A stretch of 64,000 nucleotides of DNA, from contig OX597820.1 of NCBI GenBank assembly GCA_951406725.2, positions 18,104,001 through 18,168,000 on the forward strand. Direction: 5' to 3'. Each line of letters opens with the position of its first letter. Within the stretch, counting starts at the first letter, position 1. This document shows, one piece after another, positions 42,730 through 56,693 of the stretch. The translations under genes and the position numbers were made by a program. The DNA comes from Octopus vulgaris (Eukaryota). The notes under the pieces are model-generated. The model had not been told where the DNA came from, made no database searches, and saw nothing but the letters and a program-made list of their open reading frames with translations.

Positions 42730-43585
42730 AATCGTCGTATTTGTCGTCGTTATCATTGCCATCGTCATCATTATCATTATCGTCATTGTAGGTGCCATCG
42801 TCATTGCTGTCTTCGTTGTTGTCGTCGTCATCATCGTCATCATCATCGTTGTCGTCATGATCATCGTCATCATCATCATCATCGTTGTCGTCATCACCAT
42901 CGTCATCATCATCATTGTCGTCATCATCATCGTTGTCGTCATCATCATTGTCATCATCATTGTTGTTGTCATCATCATCGTCATCAGCATCATTGTCGTC
43001 ATCATCGTCATTATCATCGCTGTCGTCATCATCGTCATTATCATCGCTGTCGTCATCATCATCGTCATCATCATTGTTGTTGTCTTCATCATCGTTGTCC
43101 TCATCATCATTGTCATCATCATCATTGTCATCAACATTATCGTCATCATCATCGTTGTCGTCATCATCATCGTAATCATCATCATTGTTGTCATCATCAT
43201 CGTTGTTGTCATCATCATCGTCATCATCATCGTTGTCGTCATAATCATCATCATCATCGTTGTCATCATCATCATCGTCATCATCATCGTTGTCATCATC
43301 ATCATCGTCATCATCATCGTTGTTGTCATCATCATCGTCATCATCATCGTTGTCGTCATAATAATCATCATCATCGTTGTCATCATCATCATCGTCATCA
43401 TCATCGTTGTCATCATCATCATCGTTATCATCATCGTTGTTGTCATCATAATCATCATCATCATCATCATTGTCATCATCATCATCATCGTCATTGATAT
43501 CATTGTCGTCATTGTTGCCATCATTGTCATCATCGTCATCATCTTTGTTGTCATCATCATTGACATCCTCCTCATCATCATCATT
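42730..43585. repeat. (TCA/TCG/TTG)n tract, the expanded tail of the RTE 3' UTR at 43575-43960 (-)
   Basis: Visible directly; adjoins ccatgctggcatgggttggac. Confidence 0.85.
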
Positions 43586-44099
43586 TAAAATCCATATTCC
43601 ATGCTGGCATGGGTTGGACTGGTTCAGCATGAACCAACAACACAGAGGACTGTGTCAATCTTTAATGTCTGCTTTGGCAGAGTCCCTATGGCTGGATGTC
43701 CTTCCTAATGCCAACCACTTTACAGTGTGTACCAGGTGCTTTTTATGTAGCACCAGTACCAGTGAGATCACCAAGTAACTTCCAAGACAATGACCTCTCA
43801 CTTCAAAGAGGGAGTAGTAATAAGACAAGTGGCTTTTGCCTGGTGATGAGAGGTTATGATAGACGCAGACACAGGTGTCTTGCCCGAGAGGAGATACATG
43901 GCTATCCCAGTTGGAAAGGAGAAGAAAGAAAAGAGAGTGAGAGAATAAGAGAGGGAGAGAGAGAGAAGACAGACAGACAGACAAAAGGGGAAGTGTAGGC
44001 ACGTAATGTTTTTATTGCGCAGTTGGACTGTGATAGGTACTGTTTCTTCCCTTCTGGTTCCTGATAGAATATGTATGCTGTGTGAACCTATTCTTGAAG

Positions 44100-44487
44100 G
44101 CATGTCCTGTTAAACCTATATAAGACACTGACACTGAATTATTGCATGAAGGATGGTTTTATTCCCCTGCAAGCATCTCAGGCAGGTTTGGCTGTTGGCA
44201 CCTCCATGTCTGAAGAGCTCATCTCGAACGGGCAATGCCCCTCTGTAGTACTGCCAAGCCAAAGACTTTTGGAAATAGTCTGTGATCTTCAGCCTGAAGA
44301 TCCTCTGGAAGAGACTACTCAGGCTGTTCTCATTGATGTCTACATTCAATCCTAGGCCATCATCACTCATACCCTCAATTAGCACCATATAGAAATCTTG
44401 GGTTGTTTTCCAGCTAAGGGTTTTGGGCAACTGGCACAATGCAGTGAGCACCTGGCAACATATTAGATGTCAAACGCCCAACCTTGG

Positions 44488-44490
<3 letters not shown>
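44100..44490 (-). mobile_element. Tx1/L1 ORF2 C-terminal zinc-binding (zf-RVT-like) fragment
   Basis: KSLAWQYYRGALPVRDELFRHG..SQTCLRCLQGNKTILHAIIQC. Confidence 0.75.
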
Positions 44491-44549
<59 letters not shown>

Positions 44550-44754
44550 GTAATAGTAATAATGACAATGAGGAGTAGAAGAAAATGAAGAAAAAGATGG
44601 CAAGAAGATGCTAAAGAAGTGGAGCAAGATTTTCTCAGGAAATGCAAAAGATGGAAATTGAGATGTTCTGGTAAAAGGAAATGCCATACTGAAGATTGTA
44701 AGCAAGGTTTGTAAATAATCAGTTGACGGATGCTGCTGTTGCTGCTCTTGAAAA

Positions 44755-44814
44755 TGATGATGACGATGATGATGATGATGGTAATGATGATGATGGTGAT
44801 GAGAATGATGATGG

Positions 44815-44863
<49 letters not shown>

Positions 44864-44880
44864 GATGATGATGGTGGTGG

Positions 44881-44914
<34 letters not shown>

Positions 44915-44979
44915 GGTGATGATGATGATGATGGTGATGGTGATGATGATGGTGATGATGATGATGGTGATGATGGTGA

Positions 44980-45013
<34 letters not shown>

Positions 45014-45125
45014 GTTGGTGATGATGATGGTGGTGATGATGATGATGGTGATGATGATGTGATGGTGATGATGGTGTTGGTGATGGTGGTGATGGCAGTG
45101 GTGGTGGTGGTGGTGGTTGTGGTGG
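44755..45125. repeat. (GAT/GGT)n tract
   Basis: Visible directly. Confidence 0.95.
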
Positions 45126-45582
45126 TAAGGAGTGCTGAGTACAACCGTCTGTACAATCATTGCTTCTTTTGAATCTCAGGTTTTTTTTTATCATTGAAAC
45201 TTGGTTTTCGAGGATGGGGTTGGGGTTGAGGGTGGGGAGAAATGGCCACTTGAACTGATTCTGTGAGTTTCTTATTACAAAACGTTTTGAATTCTTTTAT
45301 GCTTTTGCATGTTTTAGTAATTTTGACTGCGGCCATGCTGGAGCACCACCTCGAAGAGTTTTAGTTGAACAATTGGTCCCAGGACTTATTATTTTTTTAA
45401 AGCCTAGTACTTTTTTCATTGGTCTCTTTTACCAAACTGCTAAATTATGGGGATGTAAACACACCAACAGCGGTTGTCAAGCAGTGATGGGGTGACAAAC
45501 ATAGACACGAAAACACACATACATATCTACATACGTACATACATACATACAAACATACATATATATATATGAATATATATAA

Positions 45583-45646
<64 letters not shown>

Positions 45647-45647
<1 letters not shown>

Positions 45648-45800
45648 GTTGGAATTTACAAAACAACAAAAGACGAAGACAGGTGTATAAACAACAAGCA
45701 GGTGTATTAGTTTAAAGCTCGGGAAGATGAGTAAGTCTTTTATGCTTTGAGCCTATTGCTCTTCAACAGAAAGGAACACGAGGAAATAAACAGGGAGATC
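45647..45800 (-). mobile_element. CTGTTGA-core hammerhead-like element ending in (TA)n
   Basis: Family copies at 50005-50155 (-), 50785-50940 (+), 55925-56085 (+), 58178-58318 (-) and 58621-58760 (+). Confidence 0.75.
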
Positions 45801-46494
45801 ATGGCGATGGCTCGATGGAAGTGGTCAGACATGAGAGCTAGGAAGAAGGGGAGATAATAAAGTAGTGGTGATCCCAAATATACATGTATATGTATGAGAA
45901 GATCATTAATAGAATTTCTGAAAGACCCTCAAGATGCCTACATGCATACAAATGTACTTTTGCATAATGCAGTGAGAATGAATTTGGGTAACTGTTAATA
46001 TAATTTACTTTAAGGTATGGATGAATTAAGTTTAGTTTTAACCTCTCCATTCTTATAAACACCAAGTAACTTTTTAACTTGCTCTGTGATCGTGTGTACA
46101 CCAAGCTACACATGTGCGTATGCTTATATTTACGTAGATTCTTGTATGAGCAAGTGTACAAGCACCTTCAGTGGTAGACTTGCCAATGCAATGATGATAA
46201 AAACATGAAACTTTAAACAGGTCAGAGTTAATTTCTAAGTGTCAACATGTAAGCAAGTTCTATATTCTCCACGGTAATAGAGTTATCAAAGTATATAAAA
46301 CATAAACAACCAAAACACAGGAAATTCTTAGATCACTAAAACACAAGCCAGAAGTTAACAAAATAATGAATCAAACTGATAAAAACTGACAGATATCAGC
46401 TGGTATCTGTTCCACAAACTAGCATGTTTAAGAACTGTTTTATGAGGGACAAGAAACACTATGAGGTGAAATGTATGTTGGAATTATAAACCTG

Positions 46495-47650
46495 TTGGGT
46501 CATCCCATAAACAATGCGGTTTTTTTATACTTCTTTTATTTTTCAAAATTAAGATAAATAGACAGAGTCAAGACTATTAAAAAGGTTGCAAGACGCAACA
46601 GAAATTTTAGGAAAATAAAATTAAGAAATAAGTGGAAATTTTAGGAAAATAAAAATAAGAAATAAGTGGAAATTTTACTGGTGAGTATGTTACTTTATAA
46701 GGCACAAAAAGAAAATGACTATCCCCAGACACAAGAGAATATGTTTCAACACATGAACTCATATAAAGAATCTTGCAAACCAAATCCAAAAACGAAAGAT
46801 AAACAAAGTTATTTTTTAATCTAAAATATACTTTCTTCTATTTTCTACATTGCTCTTCCATCTATCTGGTAGACTTGCAAGGCCCCTCTTTTAAAACTCA
46901 CTTCTCTGTGATGAAAAATACCTCTCCACTGCTGTTCTGACCTCGTCTACAGAATTCATATTTTTTCCATCCAAACAATTTTGAATACTGCAGAATAAAT
47001 GATAATCACATGGGGCAATGTCCAGCGAATTTGGTGTGGTGGGGCATCGTTTCCTATTCAAACTGCTCCAGCCTTTGCAATGTCATCCTCGCTATATGTG
47101 GCCAAGCATTATCCTGATGGAAGAACACCTTTCATCTTGAAACCAAAGATGGTTGTTTTCCTATGGCATGCAGGTGTTGATGAATAGTTGAATGATCAAA
47201 TCCAAGCTTCTTTAGTAGTTCCTCGACAGTTATGATGGGATTTTGTTCCACCCGGGTTTGCAGAGCATGCTCATCGAGCTCTACAGATCTTCCAGGATGA
47301 GGTATGTCTTCTTAGCAGCAGTTTCTGGCTTGGAATTTCTGGAACCACTGGCTTGTGCTTACTGCCCAATCCCCATATGTTCTCCACAATTTGTCTTGTG
47401 TTGTCGCCTTTACTGAACTCATAAAACAAAATATGCCAAATATGCTCCTTTGTTACTTCCATTATAGCTTTGAAAAAATAACTGTTAAAATCAAACTGCA
47501 CTCTTCAAAACTTGCACTAAGAATAAGAGCAAGGTAAAACTACTACCTGCTTTTATAACAAGTTGATGCAGGTAGTTTATCCCATCCCTCTCCAACTTTT
47601 AGTTGATGCAATTGAAAAAAAAAAACTGCATTATTTATGGGATGACCCAA
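46495..47650 (-). mobile_element. mariner (DD34D-type) transposon, decayed
   Basis: TIRs TTGGGTCATCCCATAAA(C/T)AATGC(G/A)GTTTTTT; MEVTKEHIWHILFYEF..G.N, DNAWPHI and DIAPCDYHLF motifs. Confidence 0.88.
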
Positions 47651-48484
47651 TGTATATTAATTATACATGTACAAGTGTATCTATGATGTCAAAAATGGTG
47701 ACAGCTTTATTAATTATAGAAACCGGCACACGAATTCCAAACAATAGGTGAAACCGTTGATAAGTTTCTAATCTAAAGACTTCAAATTTTGTATTTAATA
47801 GTAAAATATTAGTTTGGTCTCAACTAAAAGGCAGAAACCATTAATTCATAAATGTGACAGCACATACTATCAAAAATGACGTCTCACATTGGTATATAAA
47901 TACATAAACATTTAGGCTATAAAAAAAATCAACAGCTTTATATTTTTTTTTACTTTATTTTTGTTTACTTTATTAATTTTTTTTTTTTTTTACTTTACTT
48001 CTAACATGTTTAACTGGTGCATTGAATGGTTTAATGTTAGTTATAAAAAGCGAATTGAAAAATGCTGATAGTATATTTACAAAAATATTACAACATTATT
48101 CAACAAAACGTTGAACGATTGGTTGTTTCCTTTTTTTTTCTTTCCTCCTTTTTTTATGTATCAAAACGGTAAACACGAAAAGAAAGGAATTGGAATTGAT
48201 GGAGAGTATTTGGTTTTTGTTTACACACAGCTACATACCTTAGTTTTTCTAAGCACATTGATGTGTACTGTGTGCGTGTGTATATATATATATATATTCA
48301 TGTATATGTATGTATGTATATATACACATACACACATGGTGTAAATACATCAATGCAAGAACATACACCAATTTAAAAAATTTTACTTGTCTTTCTGTAA
48401 TGGGAAATGATGCAAAGGTATACCAGCTGTGACCATCCACTCAGTATATCATTTGGTATATAAGCAATGTACGTATATGTACAA

Positions 48485-48769
48485 TCATCATCATCATCAT
48501 CATCATCATCGTTTAACGTCCGTTCTCCATGCTAGCATGTGTTGGACGGTTCGACCGGGGATCTGGGAAGCCAGAAGGCTGCACCAGGCTCCAGTCTTAT
48601 CTGGCAATGTTTCTACAGCTGGTTGCCTTTCCTAACGCCAACCACTCCGTGAGTGTAGTGGGTGCTTTTTACGTGCCACCCACACAGGTGCCAGGCGAGG
48701 CTGGCAATGGCCATGGTTGGATTGGTGTATTTTATGTGCCACCGGCACGGAAGCCAGTCGAGGCGGAAA

Positions 48770-48810
<41 letters not shown>

Positions 48811-49170
48811 CACACATATATATATGCGCAGGAGTGGCTGTGTGGTAAGTAGCTTGCTTACTAACAACATGGTTACGGGTTCAATCCCACTGTGTGGCAC
48901 TGTGGGCAAGTGTCTTCTACTATGGCCTCAGGCCAACCAAAGCTTGTGAGTGGATTTGGTAGACGGAAACTGAAAGAAGCCCCTAGTATATATATGTGTA
49001 TGTATATGTTTGTGTATCTGTGTTTGTCACTTGATAACCGATGGTGGTGTGTTTACGTCCCCCATCACTTAGCAGTTCGGCAAGAGAGACTGAATAAATA
49101 AGTACTAGGCTTACAAAGAATAAGTTGATTTGCTTGACTAAAGGCAGTGCTCCAATGACTGAAACAAGTA
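48485..49170. mobile_element. RTE 3' UTR (48485-48768, -) and SINE A (48826-49170, +)
   Basis: Family matches. Confidence 0.85.
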
Positions 49171-49171
49171 C

Positions 49172-49328
<157 letters not shown>

Positions 49329-49361
49329 CAGACATACACATACACACACACTTATATATGG

Positions 49362-49662
49362 AAAGGCATAAGGCTCAGTGGTATGAGCGTCAGGCATACA
49401 ATCATGAGGTTGTGAGTTTGATTCCCAAAGTGACCTGTGTGTTGTGTTCTTGAGCAAGACACTTTGTCTCATGTTACTCCAGTTCACTCAGCTGTAGAAA
49501 TGGCATCATGACAACACTGGTGGCATGAAGAGGGGTGAGACTGGATTGCATGGGAAACTTGCTGCTCTTACACAAACAGCCTTGCCCAGACTTGTGCCTC
49601 AGAGGGGAACCTTCTAGGTGCAATCCCATGATCACTTGTGACCAAAGGGGTTTTCACCCCTT
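49362..49662 (+). mobile_element. tRNA-derived CORE-like SINE (family D)
   Basis: AGGCTCAGTGG A box, GAGTTTGATTCC B box, gttgtgttcttgagcaagacact segment. Confidence 0.75.
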
Positions 49663-49899
49663 GTTACATATATACTTCTATACTTTTATTCATTTCAGTC
49701 ATTTGACTGAGGCCATGCTGGAGCACTGCCTTAAAGGGTTTTAGTTAAACATATCAACCCTGAAGACTTATTCTTTCCAGGCCTAGTACTTAGTCTATCT
49801 GTCTCTTTTGCTGAACCACTAAGTTACAGAGACATAAGCACCCCAGCATTAGTTGTCAAGCAATAGCAGGGGGACAGGCCTAGATGCACATACATAAAT

Positions 49900-49962
<63 letters not shown>

Positions 49963-50197
49963 CATACACCCCACACACACATACATATATATATGTATGT
50001 ATGTAGTTGAAATTTTCAGAAAAGCAAAAGATGAAGACAGGTGTATAAATAACAAGCAGGTGTATTAGTTTGACACTCAGGAAGGTGAGAAAGTTTTTTA
50101 TGTTTCAAGCTGATGCTCTTCAACAGAAAGGAGCACAAGGAAATAAACAGAGAAAAAATATAAAAGTCTCGAGGATTTAGCAGTCAATCATGGTGAC

Positions 50198-50245
<48 letters not shown>

Positions 50246-50463
50246 AAATAAGTAACAAGGAAGTCCAGGTATCATTATGGCTGTCTCAGGTGGCTCCATT
50301 TAGTTGATAAATGAAATCATTACATCAATTTGAAAGAAACTGGTCTCCTTAGATGTAGATGGTCATATAGATTTCCAGCTTGGAGTTGTGCAGATTATAC
50401 CAAACTGGCTTGGTGCCACAATTTAAGTACCTAATTCAACTGAATCTTAATTATATTATACAT

Positions 50464-50503
<40 letters not shown>

Positions 50504-51176
50504 AAATATTAGGGAATAAATCCAAACTTACAGGGAAAAATCAGATTTAGGATTGAATCCAATGTTATAGTACAATATTATATTATATTAAATTAGAGAT
50601 AAAACCACTATTAGGCAAATCAAACAATGAAAAACTTAAGCCAATACATAAAATTAATTAATTTATATTATTTTAAATATATATCAAAATTATTAAAAAT
50701 TTAATAAAACATAATATATATATATATATATATATACACGCATAGACGTCACTGTGGTTGACCACTGGCTCCACAACTTTCCTTATTCTCTCTCTGTTTA
50801 TTTCCTCATGTTCCTTTCTGTTGAAGAGCGTAGGCTTGAAATATAAATGACTTTCTCGCCTTCCTGAGTGTCAGACTTATACATCTGCTTGTTGTTTATA
50901 CATCTGTCGTTGTCTTTAGTTTTCCTGTAAATTTCAATAATATACATATATTGGAGGTATTGGTATCTAGAAGACCCAAAGAGTGGCAGGTAATGCCAAG
51001 TAAGTAAGAGCTATGGATAGACCTTCGTTAAACTCTTGGTTCAACAGTGGTATGAGTGAGGAGTCTAATGTGGATCTTGTATTAACATGCATATATATAT
51101 TAGAGCAAATGAGATAACAAAGCCAAGGCTGTGAGGAGTTTTCAGGACTTTTATAAAGGAAAAAGGTATAGATATA

Positions 51177-51224
51177 GTCTTACAGCTGTTTCTGGGATAT
51201 TATGGATATCCCTTTATCAAAGAC
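51177..51224 (-). ncRNA. Hammerhead motif with U3-A8 core
   Basis: GTCT-TTGATAA-A-GGGATAT-CCATA-ATATCCC-A-GAAA-CAGCTG-TA-AGAC: stems I and II are perfect and stem III is palindromic. Confidence 0.75.
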
Positions 51225-51609
51225 AATGTGAGATTGTTAAATAGAGGTAAATATTTGAGTTTGAAATAAGGAATGAGCTTCTCTCAGTCTCTGTCTACCA
51301 AATCCACTCACAAGGCTTTGGTCGGCCTGAGTAGAAGACATTTGCCCAAGGTTCCACACCACAGGACTGAACCCAGACCCATGTGGTTGGGAAGCTAGAT
51401 TCTTACCACACATCCACACTGTATATAAATTTCTCTGCTGATTCACTGAGAAGTGGTAAATATCACAGAACTCAATACATGAGTGGCGAGTATTCTTTGA
51501 TACATTAATCTTGAAATGCTCCTAGTTCCTGTACTCTGAGTTGCACTTGGTTTTCCAATTCCAAATATTCAGATGGTAATCTGAACAGTGCTGGATTAAC
51601 CATCTTTTT

Positions 51610-52162
51610 GACGTTAATAAAATAAGTACCAGTTACGCACGGAGTCAATGTAATGGACTTAATCCCTCCCCCAAAATTTCAGGCATTGTGCCTAGAGTAG
51701 AAGTTGTTATTATTGTAATTATTAAGGTGATGAGCTGGCAGAAACATTAGCACACTTGGCGAAATGCTTTGCGGCATTTTGTCTGTCTTTATGTTCTGAG
51801 TTCAAATTCCACTGAGGTCAAATTCGCATTTCATTCTTTCAAGATCAATAAATTAAGTACTAGTTGTGTCCTGGGGTCAATGTAATTGACTATCTCCCAA
51901 CCCCAAATTTCAGACCTTGTGCCTATAATAGAAAGGATTATTATCATTAAGGCAACAAGCTGGCTGAATCATCAGCACGCCAAGCAAAATGCTTACCAGT
52001 GTGTTGTCTGTCTTTATGTTCTGAGTTCAAATTCCACAGAGGGCAACTTTGCTTTGCATCCTTTCAGCGTTTATAAAATAAGTACCAGTTTAAAAATGAG
52101 GCTGATGTAATAGACTTACCCCTCCCCTAAAGTTGCTGGCCTTGTGCCAAAATTGGAAACCA
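51610..52162 (+). mobile_element. Tandem SINE family B copies (partial + two)
   Basis: Copies at 51610-51705, 51723-51940 and 51948-52162. Confidence 0.85.
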
Positions 52163-52920
52163 TTATTTCACTGTTTCTCAAACCCTCTCATTATTCTGTT
52201 TAGTAAGGCATCATTTTTCTGACCTCCTCTCCAACTCATGCCATTTTAGATAACAGTTTTTCATGATTTGCGTACGGTTACTGTTTTCATGTTCAGACAA
52301 ACTATCAAACTATCAAACAGCTTTCTTCATTTCTGTTTCTGTACCCCCAATCTACTTTGGATGCTATGATTGATTGTGGTCTTTGTACTCGCGATTTCAT
52401 TCTCAGCCTGCAAATCCTACTGGGCATACAATTACAAACAAGCACTGCTTTTCAGGATTGAACACATTCCCCTTTGATCTGCAAGCAAGAAAATCACACA
52501 TTTCCCCTCTACTTCTGTACAGTTGTTGTACAAACGCTTTGAGAATAATCTAGAAGCTACACAGTTCTAAACCTCAGAACTTCAATCCATACAAAACCAT
52601 CTATGTCAAGTAAAAGTTCAACTGACCTAATGATCTTCAGGGAGTTCGGTATAGTATGTACAACTTGTCACCAGCTTGGTACCCTTTTATCTTCAACTAA
52701 CACACACACACACATACACACACTCACATACATGTATGTATATATGTGTGTGTGTGTGTGTGTGTGTGCAAGTGCGCGTGCATGCACAGGCATATGTCTG
52801 TATATATATATATGTGTATATATATATATGTATATATATATACATATATATATGTATATATATATATATATATACACATATATATATATGTATATATGTA
52901 TATATATATGTATATATATA

Positions 52921-54573
52921 CAAGTAGAAAGGTAGACAATCCACAAATATCTTCAGGAAGATGGCCCTGCTCGATCTGTAGAAAAGGTGTAGGTAGAAAC
53001 TCTATAAGATGTACCCAGTGTAAGCTATGGACACATAAGAGGTGCAGCAATGTCAAAGGTAGGCTAACTGGGAAGATAGTTTTTGTATGTGGCAGATGCT
53101 CGGGAGCATTAACCTCCGAAAATCTGCAGAAAACAACTTCCGTCACTTTCCAGGGGGAAAAACTAGAAGTAGTTGATAGCTTCCGTTATCTAGGTGACCA
53201 AGTCAGTAGTGGGGGTGGGTGCGCTGAAAGTGTAACTGCTAGAATAAGAATAGCCTGGGCAAAGTTTAGGGAGCTCTTACCTCTGCTGGTGACTAAAGGC
53301 CTCTCGCTCAGAGTAAAGGCAGACTGTATGATGCGTGTGTACGAACAGCCATGCTACATGGCAGCGAAACATGGGCCGTGACTGCTGAGGACATGCGTAA
53401 GCTCGTGAGGAATGAAGCCAGTATGCTCCGATGGATGTGTAATGTCAGTGTACATACTCGACAGAGCGTTAGCACCTTGAGAGAAATGTTGTACCTAAGA
53501 AGCATCAGTTGTGGTGTGCAAGAGAGACGATTGCGCTGGTATGGTCATGTGGCGAGAATGGATGAAGATAGGTGTGTGAGAAAGTGCCAATCCCTAGCAG
53601 TTGAGGGAACCCGTGGAAGAGGTAGACCCAGGAAAACCTGGGACGAGGTGGTGAAGCACGACCTTCGAACTTTAGGCCTCACTGAGGAAATGACCAGAGA
53701 CCGAGACCTTTGGAAATATTCTGTACGTGAGAAGACCAGGCAGGACAAGTGAGCCCAGCCCACTTATGAATGCCTTTCCTCCCTTGGACACAAAGACCGG
53801 TTGAGGCAAGCGAAGTCGATATAGAACCTCATCCGACGACAGACACCCATGCCAACCCCCCATGCTTGCGAAGACATGTTGGGGCAAGCGAAATCGAAAT
53901 CGAAACCGAATTGAACCAGCCAGGATCCCTGGCCTGGTGGTACGTAAAAAGCACTATCCGACTCGTGGCCGTGGCACGTAAAATACTCCAATGCGACCGT
54001 ACGACAGGCACCCATGCCAATCCCCTTTGCTTGTGAAGACATGTTGGGGCAAGCGAAATCGAAATCGAATTGAACCAGCCAGGATCCCTGGTCTGATGGT
54101 ACGTAAAAAGCACTATCCGACTCGTGGCCGTGGCACGTAAAATACTCCAATGCGACCGTACGACAGGCACCCTTGCCAACCCCTTTGCTTGTGAAGACAT
54201 GTTGGGGCAAGCGAAATCGAAATCGAATTGAACCAGCCAGGATCCCTGGTCTGGTGGTACGTAAAAAGCACTATCCGACTCGTGGCCGATGCCAGCACCG
54301 CCTCGACTGGCTTCCGTGCCGGTGGCACATAAAATACACCAATCTGACCGTGGCCGTTGCCAGCCCCGCCTGGCACCTGTGCAGGTGGCACGTAAAAAGC
54401 ACCCACTACACTCACGGAGTGGTTGGCGTTAGGAAGGGCATCCAGCTGTAGAAACATTGCCAAATTTAGACTGGAGCCTGGTGCAGCCTTCTGGCTTCCC
54501 AGAACCCCGGTCGAACCGTCCAACCCATGCTAGCATGGAGAACGGACGTTAAACGACGATGATGATGATGATG
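52921..54573 (+). mobile_element. 5'-truncated RTE-clade LINE: PHD-like finger + RT C-terminus (frameshift ~53318, stop 53752) + 3' UTR with ~160-bp tandem units + (GAT)n
   Basis: [65 protein letters not shown]. Confidence 0.93.
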
Positions 54574-54597
54574 ATATATATATATATACATATATAC

Positions 54598-54654
<57 letters not shown>

Positions 54655-54953
54655 CACATACACACAGATGTATATATATATTCATGCACACACACACAGA
54701 TATATATTATATATGTATATATATATTGAACTGCTATACTTCAAAATGTATTAACCAGCAAAATTCTATATTTCCTTTACCATTTTACTTGGTAAATTTG
54801 CTGAATGCATTTGTTTAAAGAATGTCTTTGACATTGGTACAAAATGAAGGCAAAGACAACAAAAGGCCACACTAAGATTACTATGCTGTGTGTATCTAGA
54901 GACAAAGAAAAGGACATTATAAGAGAGACAGGCCAGTTATATTTGTATTAGAT

Positions 54954-55173
54954 GTGTGTATAAAAAATTATACACGAAGGGAAAAGCCATTAAGGACGAT
55001 TTTAGAGAATTCAAAAAATATTTTTTGAATTCTCTCAAATTGTCCTGCCCACCTACATTCAACGGGCTAAAATATGAATAGTCTTTTCGTGGTTTAGGAT
55101 TTAACTCTTATTTCTAGCGCTTTTGAAGGCCACTTGGTGGCTTATCCCTTCGTGTATAATTTTTTATACACAC
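54954..55173. repeat. Inverted-repeat element with 36-bp outer arms and an inner 54-bp hairpin
   Basis: GTGTGTATAAAAAATTATACACGAAGGGA.AAGCCA mirrored at 55138-55173; inner palindrome at 54993-55046. Confidence 0.7.
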
Positions 55174-55274
55174 GTATAATATAATAATATTTGCAGTCTA
55201 TGGACATTTATACACATGCTGACCACTGGTAAAAATTAATACTTAATTTTTACCCTATATTCATATATTCATAT

Positions 55275-55660
55275 AGGCGCAGGAGTGGCTGTGTGGTAAG
55301 TAGCTTGTTTACCAACCACATGGTTCTGGGTTCAGTCCCACTGCGTGGCACCTTGGGCAAGTGTCTTCTACTATAGCCTCGGGCCAACCAAAGCCTTGTG
55401 AGTGGATTTGGTAGACGGAAACTGAAATAAGCCCGTCGTATATATGTATATATATATATGTATATGCGTGTCTGTGTTTGTCCCCCCAGCATTGCTTGAC
55501 AACCGATGCTGGTGTGTTTATGTCCCCGTTACTTAGCGGTTCGGCAAAAGAGACCGATAGAATAAGTACTGGGCTTACAAAAGAATAAGTCCCGGGGTCG
55601 AGTTGCTCGATTAAAAGGCGGTGCTCCAGCATGGCCGCAGTCAAATGACTGAAACAAGGT
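55275..55660 (+). mobile_element. SINE family A (young)
   Basis: Intact head GGCGCAGGAGTGGCTGTGTGG...GGTTCAGTCCC. Confidence 0.92.
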
Positions 55661-55694
55661 AAAAAAAAAAAAAAAAAAATATATATATATAATC

Positions 55695-56360
55695 AATCCA
55701 AACAAGAACAAGCAAGAAAAAGCAACAACTCAAGGACGTGGGATAAGTAAAGTGTTATTGGACGCTCAGGAAAGGGAAGAAAAGAAGGAGGATTTCACAT
55801 TTCGAGCAGAGCTCTTCATCAGAAATATAGAAAAAGTTCAAAGAAGGGAAGACGGAGAAAGAAAATCGCCAATGATACACATGCGGTCACACACACACAC
55901 ATATATATACACATCTCTCCTTCTTTTATTTTTTCTCTCTCTGTGTATCTTTCTGTTGAAGAGCGTAGGCTCGAAACGTTAAAGACTTGTTTTATTTATA
56001 TTTCCTGAGCGCCATACTAATACAATTGTTCGTTTGTTTTCCACCTGCCTTCGTCTTTTGTTTATTTTCATAAAGCTTCCCGTTATATATATATATATAC
56101 ACATACACATATATATATATATACACACACACACATATATATATATATACATATATATAAGATGTAACCACATGTGAATCGTTGGCAACTTTCTTCCTCC
56201 GTCTTCCTTTCTATTGGACTTTCCTCTGTTTCTGAAGAAGAGCTCTGCTCGAAACATTAAACCATCTTTCTTACCTTCCCTGAACGTCTGCTAATACATT
56301 ACATGTACCACGTCCTCGCATTGTTGTTTTTTGTGTTTGTTGTTTTTTTCTTGATTTACT
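55695..56360. mobile_element. Cluster of three hammerhead-like elements (55695-55892 -, 55925-56085 +, 56162-56360 +)
   Basis: Cores CTGATGA (55822-55816, -), CTGTTGA (55953) and CTGAAGA (56232), each followed by A-GAGC..GCTC-GAAA. Confidence 0.78.
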
Positions 56361-56413
56361 ATATATATATATATGTGTATGTGTGTGTGTATGTGTGTGT
56401 GTGTGTGTGTGTT

Positions 56414-56450
<37 letters not shown>

Positions 56451-56632
56451 TGAGCTTCTTTCAATTTCTGTCCACCAGATCCCCAGATCCACTTACAAGG
56501 CTTTGGTCAGCCCGAGGCTATAGTAGAAGACACTTACCCAAGGTGCCACACAATGAGACCGAACCGAGAACCATGTGACTCAGAAGCAAGTTTCTTACCA
56601 CACAGTCACACTTGCACCACAAAAGTATATTC

Positions 56633-56693
56633 TGCCCAACGTGGGGTTTGAACCCACAAGCCAAGATTAAAACTCTCATGCTCTATCGACTGA
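56633..56693 (-). pseudogene. Degenerate tRNA-Lys(CTT)-like pseudogene, 5' truncated
   Basis: TCAGTCGATAGAGCATGAGAGTTTTAATCTTGGCTTGTGGGTTCAAACCCCACGTTGGGC resembles the conserved metazoan tRNA-Lys(CTT). Confidence 0.75.

Noticed and set aside
52190-52680. Possible LINE endonuclease remnant
   Set aside because: Too degenerate; no diagnostic motif could be read.
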